Source of the DNA: Selaginella moellendorffii
Lineage: Eukaryota > Plantae > Lycopodiophyta
DNA length: 64,000 nt
Assembly: GCF_000143415.4 (NCBI RefSeq)
Contig: NW_003314269.1
Coordinates: 3,392,211-3,456,210, forward strand
Reading direction: 5' to 3'
In this document: in pieces, positions 10,236 through 23,600 of the stretch
How positions within the stretch are numbered: the stretch's first letter is position 1
Layout: every line of letters begins with the position of its first letter
The notes under the pieces: model-generated
Told to the model about the DNA's origin: nothing
What the model saw: only the letters and a program-made list of their open reading frames with translations
Database searches by the model: none
Made by a program: the position numbers and the translations under genes

Positions 10236-13200
10236 TGCGCTTGAGGCCTACGTCTCCTTCCATTTTCACCCTTATTTCTCTTCGTCACAGGCATTTTGGG
10301 CAACTTTGAGCAACTTGAGCACTAGCCTACAGTCTTCTTGCTCCTGTCAACTTAGTTTCCTTGACCGAGCATTTGTAGTGTTCAGGGTATTTGATGCCGG
10401 TACAAACTAGATGTGTGACAAATTGACACCCTTTTACCATACCTCAAGGCTCTAAGGTACGAAGTAAGCTTTCTCACATCCAAAGGTAGCTTAGGTATGA
10501 CACTACACCTTCTCGAGCTGAGTCCTCTTCATCCTCGGCAGATTCCAATGACTTCAATCTACGAGCTATGGCACAGCCACCTTTAGCTTGACCTCAGCTC
10601 CATGTTCTACAAAGGGGGAGTGATCTGCCGACCTTCTTAGGAGTTGGAATAATCTCTCCAACATCGCATATCAGTTGCTTTGATTACTACTGCACCACAA
10701 ACATGATCGTCGATGATGATCGTATGTGCCATGACTTCTTGCAGTCTCTTGAAGGCAAAGCTGTAGCGCATGTGATCATGGGATGAGATTTGGATATACT
10801 GTCACCGTGGATCCTTAGAACCTTGGGGGATAAATGGGGATAAAATATCCACTAAGGGCTCTCTCATCAAGCAATTGCCCCTTTTCCAGTTGGCTTAAGG
10901 GGAGAGAGATAAGGTGCGCTACAAAAGCAGCAACTTGGGCAGATTCTCTCCTCCCAAAGGACTAGATAGACTTTTAGACACTACTTGCTTCTTTTAGAGA
11001 ACACTTCGTTGAAGAAAAACCCACAAATCGGTTACTTGTCGACCTCTTTTCGTTCCGGCAGGGTGCTCACGAGTCTGTTCCTAACTATATCACCCAGTTT
11101 CAAGCATACTGGAAGCAGTGTTGGGCTTGCAGAGTGGTCCAAGATGAGCAACAGGGGATCACGGCATTCACAGCGGGTCTACATAAGAACTTGTAGCGGA
11201 AACTTCTTACAAAGACATTCATGTCTTGCTACGAGGCATTTTCATTTGCCACAAAGCTGGAAAGAGAGCTTTTTGTTGACCTGGGGATTGCTAGAATTGA
11301 TTTCGACCAAGCCATCACCCCGTTAGAGTCACTTTGTGCAGTTGTTCGTCAACCCACATCAAAGCCTGTTGCTATTGAGCATACGCCTCCGGCTATTGAG
11401 AACTTTGCCAATGAGATATGGCAGCTAAAGGAGATCATTCTTCAGCAACAAGCAATTGAGGCAGCCCCTTCATCAAGCAAAGGCAAGGCACCTACTTCAT
11501 CGGTCAACACAATTTTGGTAACCAAGGAACTCTATAGGTAACAGTAGCAAAATTGCAGCCACTTGAGCCCAAGTGAAGAAGAAGGTAGCCACTCAGCCTA
11601 CATGAGATCCTCCTACGTAAGTTGAGAGTGAATCTCTGTTGGCACCAGATCCAGTGACATAGAGGGTGGCTTGTAAGCTCCCCTTCAAGTCACTACTCTC
11701 TTCTCCCCCTGAGACCTCACCAATGGCTATTCCTGTTCCGGAGCTGGTTCTTCAACAACTGGTTGACACTCCCATCACCTTTTCGCTCTGAGACATGTGT
11801 CTTATCCCAGGATTTGACCAGCGTTTAGAGGAGTTTGCACGGTCAGGAACACTAGAGAGCACTCTCAAGAGGGCTCCTCAAGAGGTGCACATTGTCGACA
11901 TGACAAGATATGGTGGAGATCCTAGTCCATTCCTCGTCCCGGTGCAGATTAGTATTTCCTCTTATAAAATGGATGCTTTTGTTGACTCCGGTTCTAGAAG
12001 CAACATTATCTCTCTTGAAACTGCCCTTTCAGCATAGCTATAGATCACTGAGAGCTCATCCATCATGCTCAAGACCTTTGCCAATCACACCGTTCCTCCA
12101 GCAAGCATTTGCTATGGTGTCAAGGTCTCAATGCAAGGTGTTATTTTTGAGGTGGATTTCCTTGTGGTTGACTACCAACATCTTGGAACATCCTCTTTGA
12201 AGGACTCTATCATCCTTGGCTGCTCATGGCAAGTCATAGCCCATTGCACCATTGACAGTGTGCAAGGCAAGATGGAAATTACCGATGGACCCTATAGTGC
12301 CACCTTTCTCAACAACCACAGTAAAGCTCTTTCTTGGCAGGCCCAGAAGGCTCAAACTAAAGTGGTCTCCACACCACACTTTCCTCTTGAGCTCACAGAG
12401 GCTTTTCCTGAGTTGGCACTGGAGTTGACCATCTATAAGATGGATACTTTCTTATGCAATGCAATCAGCATTGTTGGAGCCACTCCAAACCAGGTCCACC
12501 TTTCACAGGATACAGCCGAACTCAATCTTCCTTAGCAACTATTTGAGGTGTCACACAGCCCGCATCTTCCTACTAAAATCGTGGTAGTTGACAACTCCGA
12601 ACGTATTTTGTCATGCCGTTTCTTGGAGATGGAAGATGACATCCAGACACACAATTGGCAAAAAGATTCAAGCCAATCAAACGTGCTGCATGCAAGTTAT
12701 AGCTCTTTGAGTTCAGAATTTCCTACCATGGAGCCCCTAGTACTCCAACCACTAGAACGACAACTTCCTTTCAAAATTTACATCATAACAGGCACTAATG
12801 CTTTTGGACTATGCCTTTGCCATTGTTCACAGCCCAGCAAGCCACCACACGCAGCATACTATGCCTCATATTTGTTCAAGGAGACTGAGAAGAAGTACGT
12901 GAATGCAGAAAAAGAAGCAATGGCTGTTGTCTACACCTTAGAGCGATTTTGCCACTTTCTCGTTAGAGCCCGTATCCATTTCCATGCCTATTTTAATGTG
13001 CTGACCTTTCTTTTACAGTGAATGGTTCATAGTCCTCATACTTTATCTTGGATTGTGACCATCCAAGAGTTCCAACCAACTTTTCACATGCGGTGGAAGC
13101 GTGTGATGGATTTGAGGCATTGGCACAAGCACTTGGTTACGGCGTTGTGGGCCTTTCAGATGTCCTTTAAGACATCCATCTCCGCAACCCCATTCTCCCT

Positions 13201-14905
13201 TGTCTATGGGATAGAGGCTGTGCTTCTAGTGGAGATCCAGATGCCATCGCTCTCACTTTCACTTTGATACGCAGCAACAATGCAACTTAGCAATGAGGAC
13301 AAGCTTTATGCACGTGACTTGGAGGTTCTTGCCTTGGAAGAACAGCAATGATCCACAATTGAACATCTCCTTCAAAGCAAGCAAAAGATTAAGTTCGTCA
13401 TTAATCAATAGCGGTCTGCTGAACCATTCGAGGATGGCAATCTTGTTCTACTCAAGGAGTTTATGCCACCTTCGAAGTTCTCCCCTCGCTGGACCAGCCC
13501 CTACTTTATCCAGTGACACATCGGAGGTGGAGCATATGTGCTAATTGATGTTGATAGATATGAGCTCCCACATGCTCACAACCACTCTCATCTCAAATGT
13601 TTCATCTGGTGAGGTGTTCCTCTTCTCTTCTTTTTCTTTTTCTTTTTCTTCTTTTCTTTCACTTTACTTTCATGGCTCCTTTTCCTACTTTTAGAGGGTG
13701 TTTCTCCATTGGACCATGGCCCATGCCTTGGATTTCATGCTCAGGCTACATTGCCGTTTGTATGGAAGTTCCTTGCTTGGCTCGGTCTATGTTCCAGGTT
13801 CTTTGGCCCTTCCCTTACTGTTACTATACCCCGCACATTCCCTAGATGCAGGAGTAGGAGCGACAGCAGGTGGTTACCGGTTATAAGTTACAAGTCCCTA
13901 GTTATTGGTTACTAGTTACTAGTCACTGGTTACCGGCTACTCCAAGAGGTCAGCACCTACTTTATGAGCCAATGATTATAGATAGCCACCTTTTCAGAGT
14001 GCCACCACCATCTCGGCGCTCCACCATATCACTCCATCTTTTCATCATTTCTACACTTACCACCCTTGGGCAATGCATCCTCTTCTACCTCTCTTTCTTT
14101 CTTGATTTCAGCCAATCCTTGGAGCATACTGGAAGCCATCAAGAGGTTGCAATTGCATATTACACTTTCTTGAGCCAAAAGCTAAGTACGGGTTAAGTTC
14201 TTTGGGTACTCACACTTTTTTTCCTCTATTTTCCTCCTCTTTTCACATGTTTTTTGCATTTTTTCTTCAACTTCAGGGTCCAGTTTGACTACAGGGTATC
14301 CCACCGGGTTTTCCTCCCTATCTCCAAACTTCATACCTACCTCTTTTCTTTCTTTTTTACTTTTTTTTCTAGAGTTTCTATTATTTCATGCAGCTACAAA
14401 CACTTGGTATTAGTAGTAGAGGTACACTCTACACTTTTCAGAGGGTTCTCGAGCGTCTAGAGCCAGCACGATCCACCATGGTCGCATGTCAAGGTGTGGC
14501 CATTGAGAGAGCGAGAGAGAGAGAGGGAATATTCTGATTCTTAGAATATTCCCTATCTTCCTTGTATAAAACCCTTGCCTCACAAGGGCAAAGGGGGGCA
14601 TTTTTGCGAAGAGTATTGAAGCATTTTTTGTGTTTGAGTGAGCATTGGGGGAGGTGCCCCTCCTTCCTCTAACACAGCAAGGGTGGCTAACTCCATTGGT
14701 CATTTCTTTGTCGGTGACGGCCAAAAGGTGTCTGAGCTAGTAGCACATCTGTGTTAGACAAAGAGGTTGCCTCCTAACTCATTTAAGTTGATGCATTTCT
14801 CACATAGTGTGATCACCATAAACTTTTTCTGGAGTTATTTCTTTAGCAGTGGTCTAGACTTGAGTATGCATTGATGAGAACGTCAATTTTCCCTAGGGGG
14901 GAGAG
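10110..14905 (+). mobile_element. Decayed, internally deleted Ty3/Gypsy retrotransposon (non-chromovirus-like); boundaries uncertain
   Basis: gag-like remnants at ~10.6-11.5 kb; protease AFVDSGSRSNII at ~11975; RNaseH-like YYASY..ETEKKYVNAEKEAMAVV at ~12860; integrase C-terminus ALWAF...TPFSLVYGIEAVL at ~13140. RT and integrase core are missing. PPT-like AGGGGGGAGAG is followed by TG at 14906. Confidence 0.8.
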
Positions 14906-16047
14906 TGTTACGAATGTGATTTCAGGTATTGAAAGTTACTTGTTGGCCAGTCCATACAGACACTCTTTCCTTACTGCCACAATGGCAGAAGTCGGTATTG
15001 TTAAACCCTTTATTAGCCCCATTTGTTCAAGTGTTAGTAAACTGGATTTTGCATCTATACTTGGCCGAATGAGCATAAGGACAGAATTCCTAAGTGTCTA
15101 TTTTGCCAAGCATACTTGGCCCGGCTTTTTAATTCTCTTTTGCTCTGTCTTGCACTAGCTTGACAAGAACCCTCAATATCACTGGATGATAGCTTACCGT
15201 GTCTACCAAACACCCTCGCTATCATGCTTTTTGTGTTAGTCTCATTGTGGTCCCAAATGCTATTTATAGAAAGTATCTAGATTCATATCTATGGAATGTA
15301 AAGATTGTCTTGAACACAATGGTGTTCGTCCCATATCCAAATTTGCAATCTAAGGACATTCCATATTTAGTAAGTTTTGAGCTTGTCCTAGAGACTAACT
15401 CTTAATACTAAGGGAGGCTTGGGGTAAAAGCCCAAAGCATGTGTTCCAAATGTATAATAAGGATAGTGGGTAGATTGAGCATGGCCAATCAACCTAAGGC
15501 ATAATTTAGCTCCCACTTGCATGCCTATCCTTGTTTTGCGTCCGGCTTGGGTCTAAGCCTAAGTTCCATTCTATGCTAGCTATTGGAGTACCCATATCCT
15601 TGCGTTAGGCCGCCGGTATACCAAAATAGCGCCGACTCCGTTTGGCTCCATTTTACATGTTGGTCTTAATATTGGGATGCTGGTTGCTCTAAGACTGTTT
15701 TAAGCTGCTCTGGGCTCCTATCCCTTTGCCCCTTGGGGTATATGCTTGAGAGTTACTCCATGGCCCTTTATTCAATCCATGAAGAGAAACCTAACCCTTC
15801 ATGTGCCACGTGTTATATGCCATATGTCACATGCCATGTGTCCATCAAAACCAACATTAACCTTAAGTATCCCATGACTTTTAATTAATTAGAAAAGGGG
15901 GTGCACTATATCATCTCTCATATAATTCCATTTAATTGCTTACAATTTACTATACTTCCTTACAAATTTACACCTTTATAAACAAAAGTTAAAAGCTATA
16001 GTTCTTCTAGAGCTTTGCTTTCTTGACACCCTATCCCTTTGGAATTT

Positions 16048-16170
16048 AAACTTCCCAAAAGGTCATCTAGCCTAGTATTATTCAAACTCAAGGATGTTTA
16101 ACTTCAAATATCCCAAAACCTTTAATCGGTTGGAAAATAAGGTGCACTCTTGTTTATAAGATTTTTCCCT
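16048..16170 (-). repeat. 5S-rRNA-derived segment within a dispersed repeat (Cassandra-TRIM LTR or 5S-SINE-like), decayed
   Basis: Reverse complement GAAGTTAAACATCCTTGAGTTTGAATAATACTAGGCTAGATGACCTTTTGGGAAGT aligns to the 5S A-box/IE/C-box region. Its upstream flank is shared with the copy at 34880-35004. Confidence 0.7.
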
Positions 16171-18282
16171 TTCTATTTAAACCTTTATAAATTGTCTTTT
16201 AAGTTGTTCTTATTAGTTGTTTACAACATAGTTTAGTGTGTGGATTCCCACATAAGAACTTTAATTTGACATGAGGATTGAGAAGGAATTGCACCAAGTG
16301 CTATAAATGCCGCCATCAACTAAGTTTGATACTATATAGCACACAATTTATTACTATTAAGTCAAAGGATGAGGGGGCTACTCCTTTGCTATAAAAATGA
16401 ACAAAAATAAGAAAAAAAAATAGAAGAAATGGAAAAAACAACAAAAATAATAGAAATACAAAAACTGGATTTAAACCAAAACACAAATGGAATGCAAAAA
16501 TATACATATTCTAGCTTATATATAGGAGGTAGTGACAATATTGGGAAAAACTTGAAGCTGAGCTAATTGAAAATATAAGAAGAGCTCTTTTGTTTTTAGG
16601 TGTGCTTTTATACTTCAATATTTATTCCTCATATCTCAAGTTTTGTAAGATGGTCACATACAGGGAGCAATCTATTCCACCACTTTAACTTCCATTAAAT
16701 GGTCTCCTCATGAAAGTGGTATGATAGTGGCAACTTTAATTGATGGTATATGAATTTATATAGTTATCTTTAAGTTTTAGCTCATTGTTATGAATAGTGC
16801 AATAGGTGGGATTTTTTGGTGAGTTAGAACAATAATTCTTAACATATCTTAGAAGTTCAAATGTTACTCTTTAGTTTCTAGGCTTAACTTTTTCATCCCC
16901 CTTTTAACACGTATGGATCTCACAAAAAATGTATGGTCACCTTCAGATCTTGGGAACAATAGAGGATAAATAAGGATAGAATAGCTAACTTTCTGATCAA
17001 ACAATTAAGTGAGAGAAATAATGTGTGCAATAAATTTAAAGCTAAATTTTCCTATGATGGTGCTTAGTAAAATGTATATGTATCTTTTACACCACATTTA
17101 GTTTGTACTACTCTTAAGAGGTCCATGTTTGGTTTGGATTTGAGGAAGATGCATAGGTGGATGTGAAGACATCAACACTCTGTGCCATCTGATGCTATGG
17201 AGTGCATGGTAGTTCCTCTGGGAGATCTCATCTTATGCTTCAAAGCTCTTTGTTCTCTTTTTAGCTTTTTCATGCTCATTGCCAGGAGGGAAACGAGCAG
17301 GCCTTATACTACAATGGTACAGTCTTTAGATGAAGGCATGACTTAAGAGGTGCTCTTAAGTAGCTGTTTGTTTCATCCAAATTTAAGATGTCAAGAGCCT
17401 CATACAAGAACTTTCTTTTGACAATGCCTAAAGCAACAATGTATCTTCAAAACTTGTGTTATACACCTTCAAGTCTTTTTTAGTCATGAGATGGAAGAAT
17501 TTGCTCTCAACTAGAGTCTAGCTAGCTTGCATTTGGTCTTAAAAGCTTTTTATTTCTGTCTTAAAAGCTTTTTTCTTTTTTTTTTTTTGTCTTCAACTGA
17601 TAACAATGGAGTGATCCATGTCTGCGATGTGCTGTAGGCTCCATTTGGCTTTCTTTTCAGATGACCATTTCGCAGCTTGTGTACATCGAGATCATCATCT
17701 ATTTGATCAGACATGAGAGTTGATGTTTTTCTAGATAATTGTGCAGGCTAGAGAAGAACTTATGTGGTCTCTAGAGAAAGAGTTTTTGTTACAAGGTAAG
17801 CTTTTTTTTACTGTTGACAAAATGCAAGGTTTTCATAAATTAATTTTTTTTTACTTATTTAGTTCATTTTTTCTGGAAATAAAAACTAAACGTCTCTACT
17901 TAAATCTCAAATTGAGAACTCAATTTTATTGTTATAAAGCCCTGCATTCTCGAGCTATGGATTAATAAACTTTAGTATGGTCCCATGTTGATATCTATCT
18001 GTCTTCCACTTCTGTCTTTATTATTCCCTTGGATTGCAATTATTAAGAAAGGAACTATTTCATAGACTCTTGTCCCAGAAACCCAATCTGTCCTACATAT
18101 ATGACTAGAGGATTCTGACCATCTCTGGAGCTGCTGCAAGATTTCCGCCGCGAGCCGATTTTGGCTGCTGCAAATGCATCGTAGAGAAAAAAACATTACT
18201 TTTTGCAACTCGCGCTTCCATGAGGCGTCAGTACCCTCGCAACGCTGGACTTCATCCTACTTTTGTCTTTGTTGAAGTAGTT

Positions 18283-20320
18283 TCAAATATGAAATCCCCC
18301 GCCAAATGCCCAGGCAATCTGGCTGAGAGGGATCACCTCCTCAGGGAAATCGCTGCGGTGCCCCACAGTGGATCGATACGCCACCACCTGTGATGGTGTA
18401 GTGTCGCTACTGGGTACGATGTACTCTACCACCCAGTCACCCATCTGGAGGAGATCATAGGGATTGGACTCGCGGTACTTTTGGATCCACAAGAAGCGCA
18501 GCGACGCGAGGAGGCGGACGCTGACCGCAATCCCGCCCTCAGTGAAGGGGCAATCGCGGAGCTCCAGCTTCTGCAAGCTCCGGCAGCCGGAAGCGAGATC
18601 AATGAGGCCCCGATCGGAGGTCCCCACGCAGCCCAGCAGCAGCCACGTCAAGTGCTCGCCGAGGCTTCCAATTGCGGCCAGGCCAGCGTCGGTGAGGCCG
18701 CCATTGCGGAGATAGATGGCGAGGCGGGTGATCTTGCGGCAGCCTTGGAGCAGTGCCCGGACGCCGGAGTCAAGCGGCAGCTCCGTGACGGGCAAGGTGG
18801 ATTCCAGGAGGACGATTCGGAAGTCGAGCATGTGTGGGCAGTGCGTGCCGAAAGCTCGGAGGGCCGAGTTTGCGATGTCGGAGACGTAAATGGCTACGTG
18901 TTGGAGGTTGACGCAGCGCGAGGCGAGGGTAATGAGGCCCTTGTAAGAGCAGAAGCCGTACGCGTCCTCGAGATTCTCAATGCGGATGCGGCGGAGCTTT
19001 GGGCAGAGGCTGGCGAGCGTGGCGACGCCGGCATCGCCGATTATGTTCCGGACCTGGTCCACGGTGAACAAACACATCAAGCTCTGAGAAGATTGACTAC
19101 GAACTTTTGGGAAACAACTTTGAGAAAATAGAGGAGTTCAAGAACTAAGAACACATTCCCGGTAAAGAGAAACTTTTTTACGACAGGGACTGGGGAAAAC
19201 TTTGGAAAGTTCAAGAACCACGAACACAGGATAAGGAGATAAAAACCAAAGCTCGGGGAGCCCAGTCAAACGTACTTAAAAGAAAAACACAAAAATAAAG
19301 TACTTTTTTACGACAAGGAGAGGATTTTCTACCTTCAAGACTTCGAGATTTGGACAGCACTGGATCACTTGCATATGCTCCTCGGCGGTGAGAGTGGTGG
19401 ACATGAGATCCAGCTCGCGAAAATTTGAGCACACGAGTGGATCCAGCGGGAACAAGAGGTCACCGGCGAAAGAAGTGAGGGTCTTGGGCAAGTTGACACT
19501 GATGTTGTTGCGAGCGAAGATCACGGCCAGTTCCTTGAGCGACTTGGCCGCGATGAAGATGTCCGCCGGGAGGTCCACCACGCCCCTACTGATCTCGCCA
19601 AGTTTCAGGGATGTCAGCGACTTACAGTTCGCGATAATGTGCGCCAGGTCGGAGAGATTCGAAAGATCCAAGCCAGTGAGGAAGAAGTTGAGGACTTCCA
19701 GGGCGCTGTTGCTCACTGCCAGCTCGTGGAGCCACTGGCTTCCATCGTCCTCGATCACGCTCTCTTCCAGATAAAGAACTCGCAGGGATCTAGTGATAAA
19801 GGTAAAATAAAGAACACCGACAAGATAAGAGAAGAACTTACTTGCACTCTCGAGCCACGGCTTCCAATCCCGCGGTGGAGAACCCGGAGCACTTGTCCAG
19901 CCTGAGAACTTGGAGCGAGGAGCCGAAGCCCCGAGCGAGCAATCTCAAGGCCGTGTCCGAGACTTCCATGCGTCGAAAGTGGAGAGACGTTAGAGAGGCG
20001 AATGCTGTAGCGCTGCTGGGATGCCTTTGGCTGACGAGCTCTTGGATCCACGGCTCGCAGTAGGCACCCCAGTCCTTGACAACCATCCCAAACTCGGACA
20101 CTCGAGGCTTGCCTTTGATTTTGAGAGCCTGGATGTTGCGGAACCTTCGGCTCAAGTTGGATGGCTCGATGGCGTAGGAGAAGCCAACAGTGATGCTCTT
20201 GCGAGTCCTGGCGTCTGCAAGGTACCAGCGCTTGCAAACCTCGGAGAGCGCTCGCCGGTCCATGGGGTGATCGATGAACGAGAAGATGGAGTCGAGGAGC
20301 TCGTCGGACATCCATTCCAT
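18283..20320 (-). CDS. COI1: Coronatine-insensitive 1-like F-box/LRR jasmonate receptor; exons 20320-19842, 19789-19333, 19053-18283
   Basis: N-terminal F-box, KGKPR..F, WLHELA..N..LEVLNFFLT, VRNIIGD, RIRIE, AIYVSDI, DFRIVLL, LPLDSGV, LQKLELR; GT-AG junctions are in frame. Confidence 0.9.
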
Positions 20321-20615
20321 AGGACTCGGATTCGCAGAATGAAATCGCGAGTGAGGGAGCGAGTGATTAATCTAAGAGCGCAGTACCTATCTAGAACTGG
20401 AAAGAAGGACAGGCAAGAAAGAGAAACAAAGATGTTCTAGTACCGTAAAGGTAACAGCTTCGAGTTCTTGCGAGATAAAGGCCATTTTCTTTTCTCCTTT
20501 TCTGTGGACCATTCGCTTCTTATTAGAGCTTAAACTTGGATCCAGACAACAAAAAGAGGACAAAAATCGAATCTTTTCTCTATGGAGATTAGGGCTTTCG
20601 TAGTAGGGCATTTGG

Positions 20616-23600
20616 ATGAAGAAGAAGCGCGGGAGGAGTGGCGATGGCGCTGGGGCCGGCGCCGACAGCAACGCCATCGAAATGCCTGCAAAGCGCAAGA
20701 AAAACAAGGAATCTGTGCTGCCGGTATGGGATCTCGATATCGTGGAGCTATCTAATGGTTTTAATGGTGGGATTTCTTAGAGCAAGCCTGACGCGGGGAG
20801 GATCAGCAAGAGCATGCAGCGGAAGCTCAAGAAGCTCCAGGTTTGCATGGAAGAAATTCTAGTTTTTGGCATCTCTTCACGAAGTTTGTGCTCCCTAGGA
20901 AGAGAAGGAGAAGAGAGAACTGCGAGAACAGGCATTCGAGACGTTGGAGTAAGTTATACCTTTACATTGACAATTTCTCGTAGCTTGATGGCTTTCGTTT
21001 TCTAGGAAGTACAAGCTCTCGGATAATGTCCAAGCACTTATGTCCTCGTCGAGTGCGCTAGGCAAGGTTTACCTGTTTTGTTCTTGCTTTTCATTTTTTC
21101 TCAGCGCTATGACGTTCAATAGGCGGAGACAATGCGGGAGAAGCTTCGACGGGGAATGCAGCTGAGGGCCGCTGGATTGGACGTTCCTCCCGAGATTCCT
21201 CTGTTTCGAGAGAGGATTGTTTCCAAGGACGATTCAGTGGTTGAGCCGGGGCCGTCCGTCACAGCAAAAACGGAGAAAGTCCACAATAAGACCAAAAGAA
21301 CCGACTTTTGCCAGTCCGTAATCCAGGACGGAGGAAATAGCCAAGCCATCAAGGAAAGTTGTGCCAACGCTGAAGGGACTGATATTTCCTTGTCACTCGC
21401 TGCAGTGGCATCAGCAGCTGCGAGCAACACGCGAAAATTTGTTGTCAACGTCTGGAGATCCGAAGAGGTGGACAAGAGTAGACGTGAATTGCCCATTATC
21501 ATGATGGAGCAAGAGGTTATGGAGGCAGTGCAGGAGAACGACGTTGTGATTATTTGTGGAGAGACTGGGTGCGGTAAAACAACTCAAGTACCTCAGGTAT
21601 TTCACTATCTCTAGTTTTTTGTGTGAGTGGAGATTAATTGTGTTTCGTGTGTCAGTTTTTGTACGAAGCTGGTTATGGCTCTCCATTGTACAAGGATCGC
21701 TGTGGCATCATCGGGATCACACAGCCCAGGCGAATTGCGGTCCTGACAACAGCGAAGCGCGTGGCACACGAGCTCAACCTCCAACTAGGCAAAGAAGTTG
21801 GATTTCAAGTTAGGCATGACAGGAAAATTGGAGAGAAAAGCTCTATCAAGTTTATGACGGATGGTATTCTTCTCAGAGAAATCCAGGTAAAGCATGGCTT
21901 TTACGAAGCGACTCAAACATCTTTTAGTCAGATTTTTTGTTGACAAAGTACTCCGTGATTGTGCTGGACGAAGCACACGAAAGAAGTGTCAACACCGACA
22001 TTCTCGTTGGAATGCTATCTAGAGTTCTACCTCTGCGAAATGTAAGTTTCTATATTCCCTAGATGCTGATTCTATTAATCTTCTAAAAATTTCTAGAGGC
22101 TGTATTTTCAAAACAAAAGGTCCGAGGCCGTCACCCCTCTGAAACTGATCATAATGAGTGCAACTCTTCGGGTTGAGGACTTCACGGCAAACCAAAAGAT
22201 GTTTCCTCTTCCACCGCCGGTGATTCACGTAACAGCGAGACAGTTCCCCGTCACGGTTCATTCCAGTAGGAAGACGGAGCTTCAGGATTACGAAAGTGCA
22301 GCATATCGGAAAGTCTGTGCCATCCACAGGAAGCTCCCGCCGGGCGGGATATTAGTTTTTGTCACTGGCCGGCGTGAAGTGGAAGCTCTGTGCAAGAGGC
22401 TGAGACTGTCGTTTACACCTTCAAGCAAGCTAGAGTCTTCAGATGGGAAGCCAGTTGCTAAACGAGAGGATTCAGCGCTTTTGTCAGGGACTGAATGTGG
22501 AGCTTTGGACATGAGATCAGTGGCAGACGCTGTTGATGAAGAGGATGATGATTCTTCGGACTGGGAAGAAGATGTTGACGGATTTACAGGCGAAAATGAT
22601 AGCAGCAGCAGTGGCGTGTCAGACGTCGAAGACACAGATAAAACGCCAGGTAATGAAACCAGCAACATGGATCACGTCAGAAAACCGGGTCCAGCGCTCG
22701 TCCTTCCGCTTTATGCTATGCTTCCAGCTGCGGCACAGCTACGAGTTTTTGCTGCCGTTCCAGAAGGGAAAAGGCTCATTGTTGTCGCCACAAATGTAGC
22801 CGAGACATCTATCACCATACCTGGCATACGTTACGTGGTCGACTGTGGTCGTGCAAAAGAGAGGAAGTTCGATGGCTCCAGCGGAGTGTCCAGGTTTGAA
22901 GTCGGCTGGATCAGCAAGGCGTCAGCGGACCAACGTGCTGGAAGAGCTGGTCGAACTGGTCCGGGACATTGTTATCAGCTCTATTCTAAGACGCACTACC
23001 ACCACAACTTTCCGGACTTCGCTCCTCCAGAGATCAGTTTGGTTCCAATCGAGGGGGTAGTACTTGTGTTGAAGTGCATGGGCATCGACAAGGTATCATT
23101 TTCTTCATTTTGCTGTTCCTCTCACTGAGGTTCTCGTTGTGTTCCAGGTAATGAACTTTCCTTTCCCCACGCCACCTGAGAAGGAAGCATTGTTAGAGGC
23201 AGAAAAATGTCTGACAGCATTATCAGCTCTGGATCGAACGACGGGTTTGCCGACATCAATCGGGAAAGCAATGGCTCTATATCCCATCAATCCTCGGCAT
23301 GCACGGATGGTGATAGCGGCGCTACAGTCTGCCCGCGTTATGGGTGGCAAGTCCAGAAAGTCGGTGATAGCCGCTTGTGCAGTGGCAATCGCAGCTGCGC
23401 TAAGCGTGGAGAATCCGTTTTTCAGTCTCGAAGAGTCATTCAAAGACGAGAAAGATGTTGCTGCTACAACGCCGAGCGGAGAAGCCATGAAAGCAACAAA
23501 GAAACCCGAGCGTCACCGATTTAAAAACACCTCGAGCGACGCATTGACGATCATGAACGCGCTCCGGGCCTACGAAGAATCAAGCAACCAGGCCGAGTTT

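Noticed and set aside
10771-10980. TG...CA-bounded insert in the decayed gag as a solo LTR
   Set aside because: No target-site duplication and no second copy in the window.
18464-19131. Long antisense ORFs over COI1 (also over the protease, PPR, C2 and 4594-6003)
   Set aside because: Shadow frames of GC-rich coding sequence.
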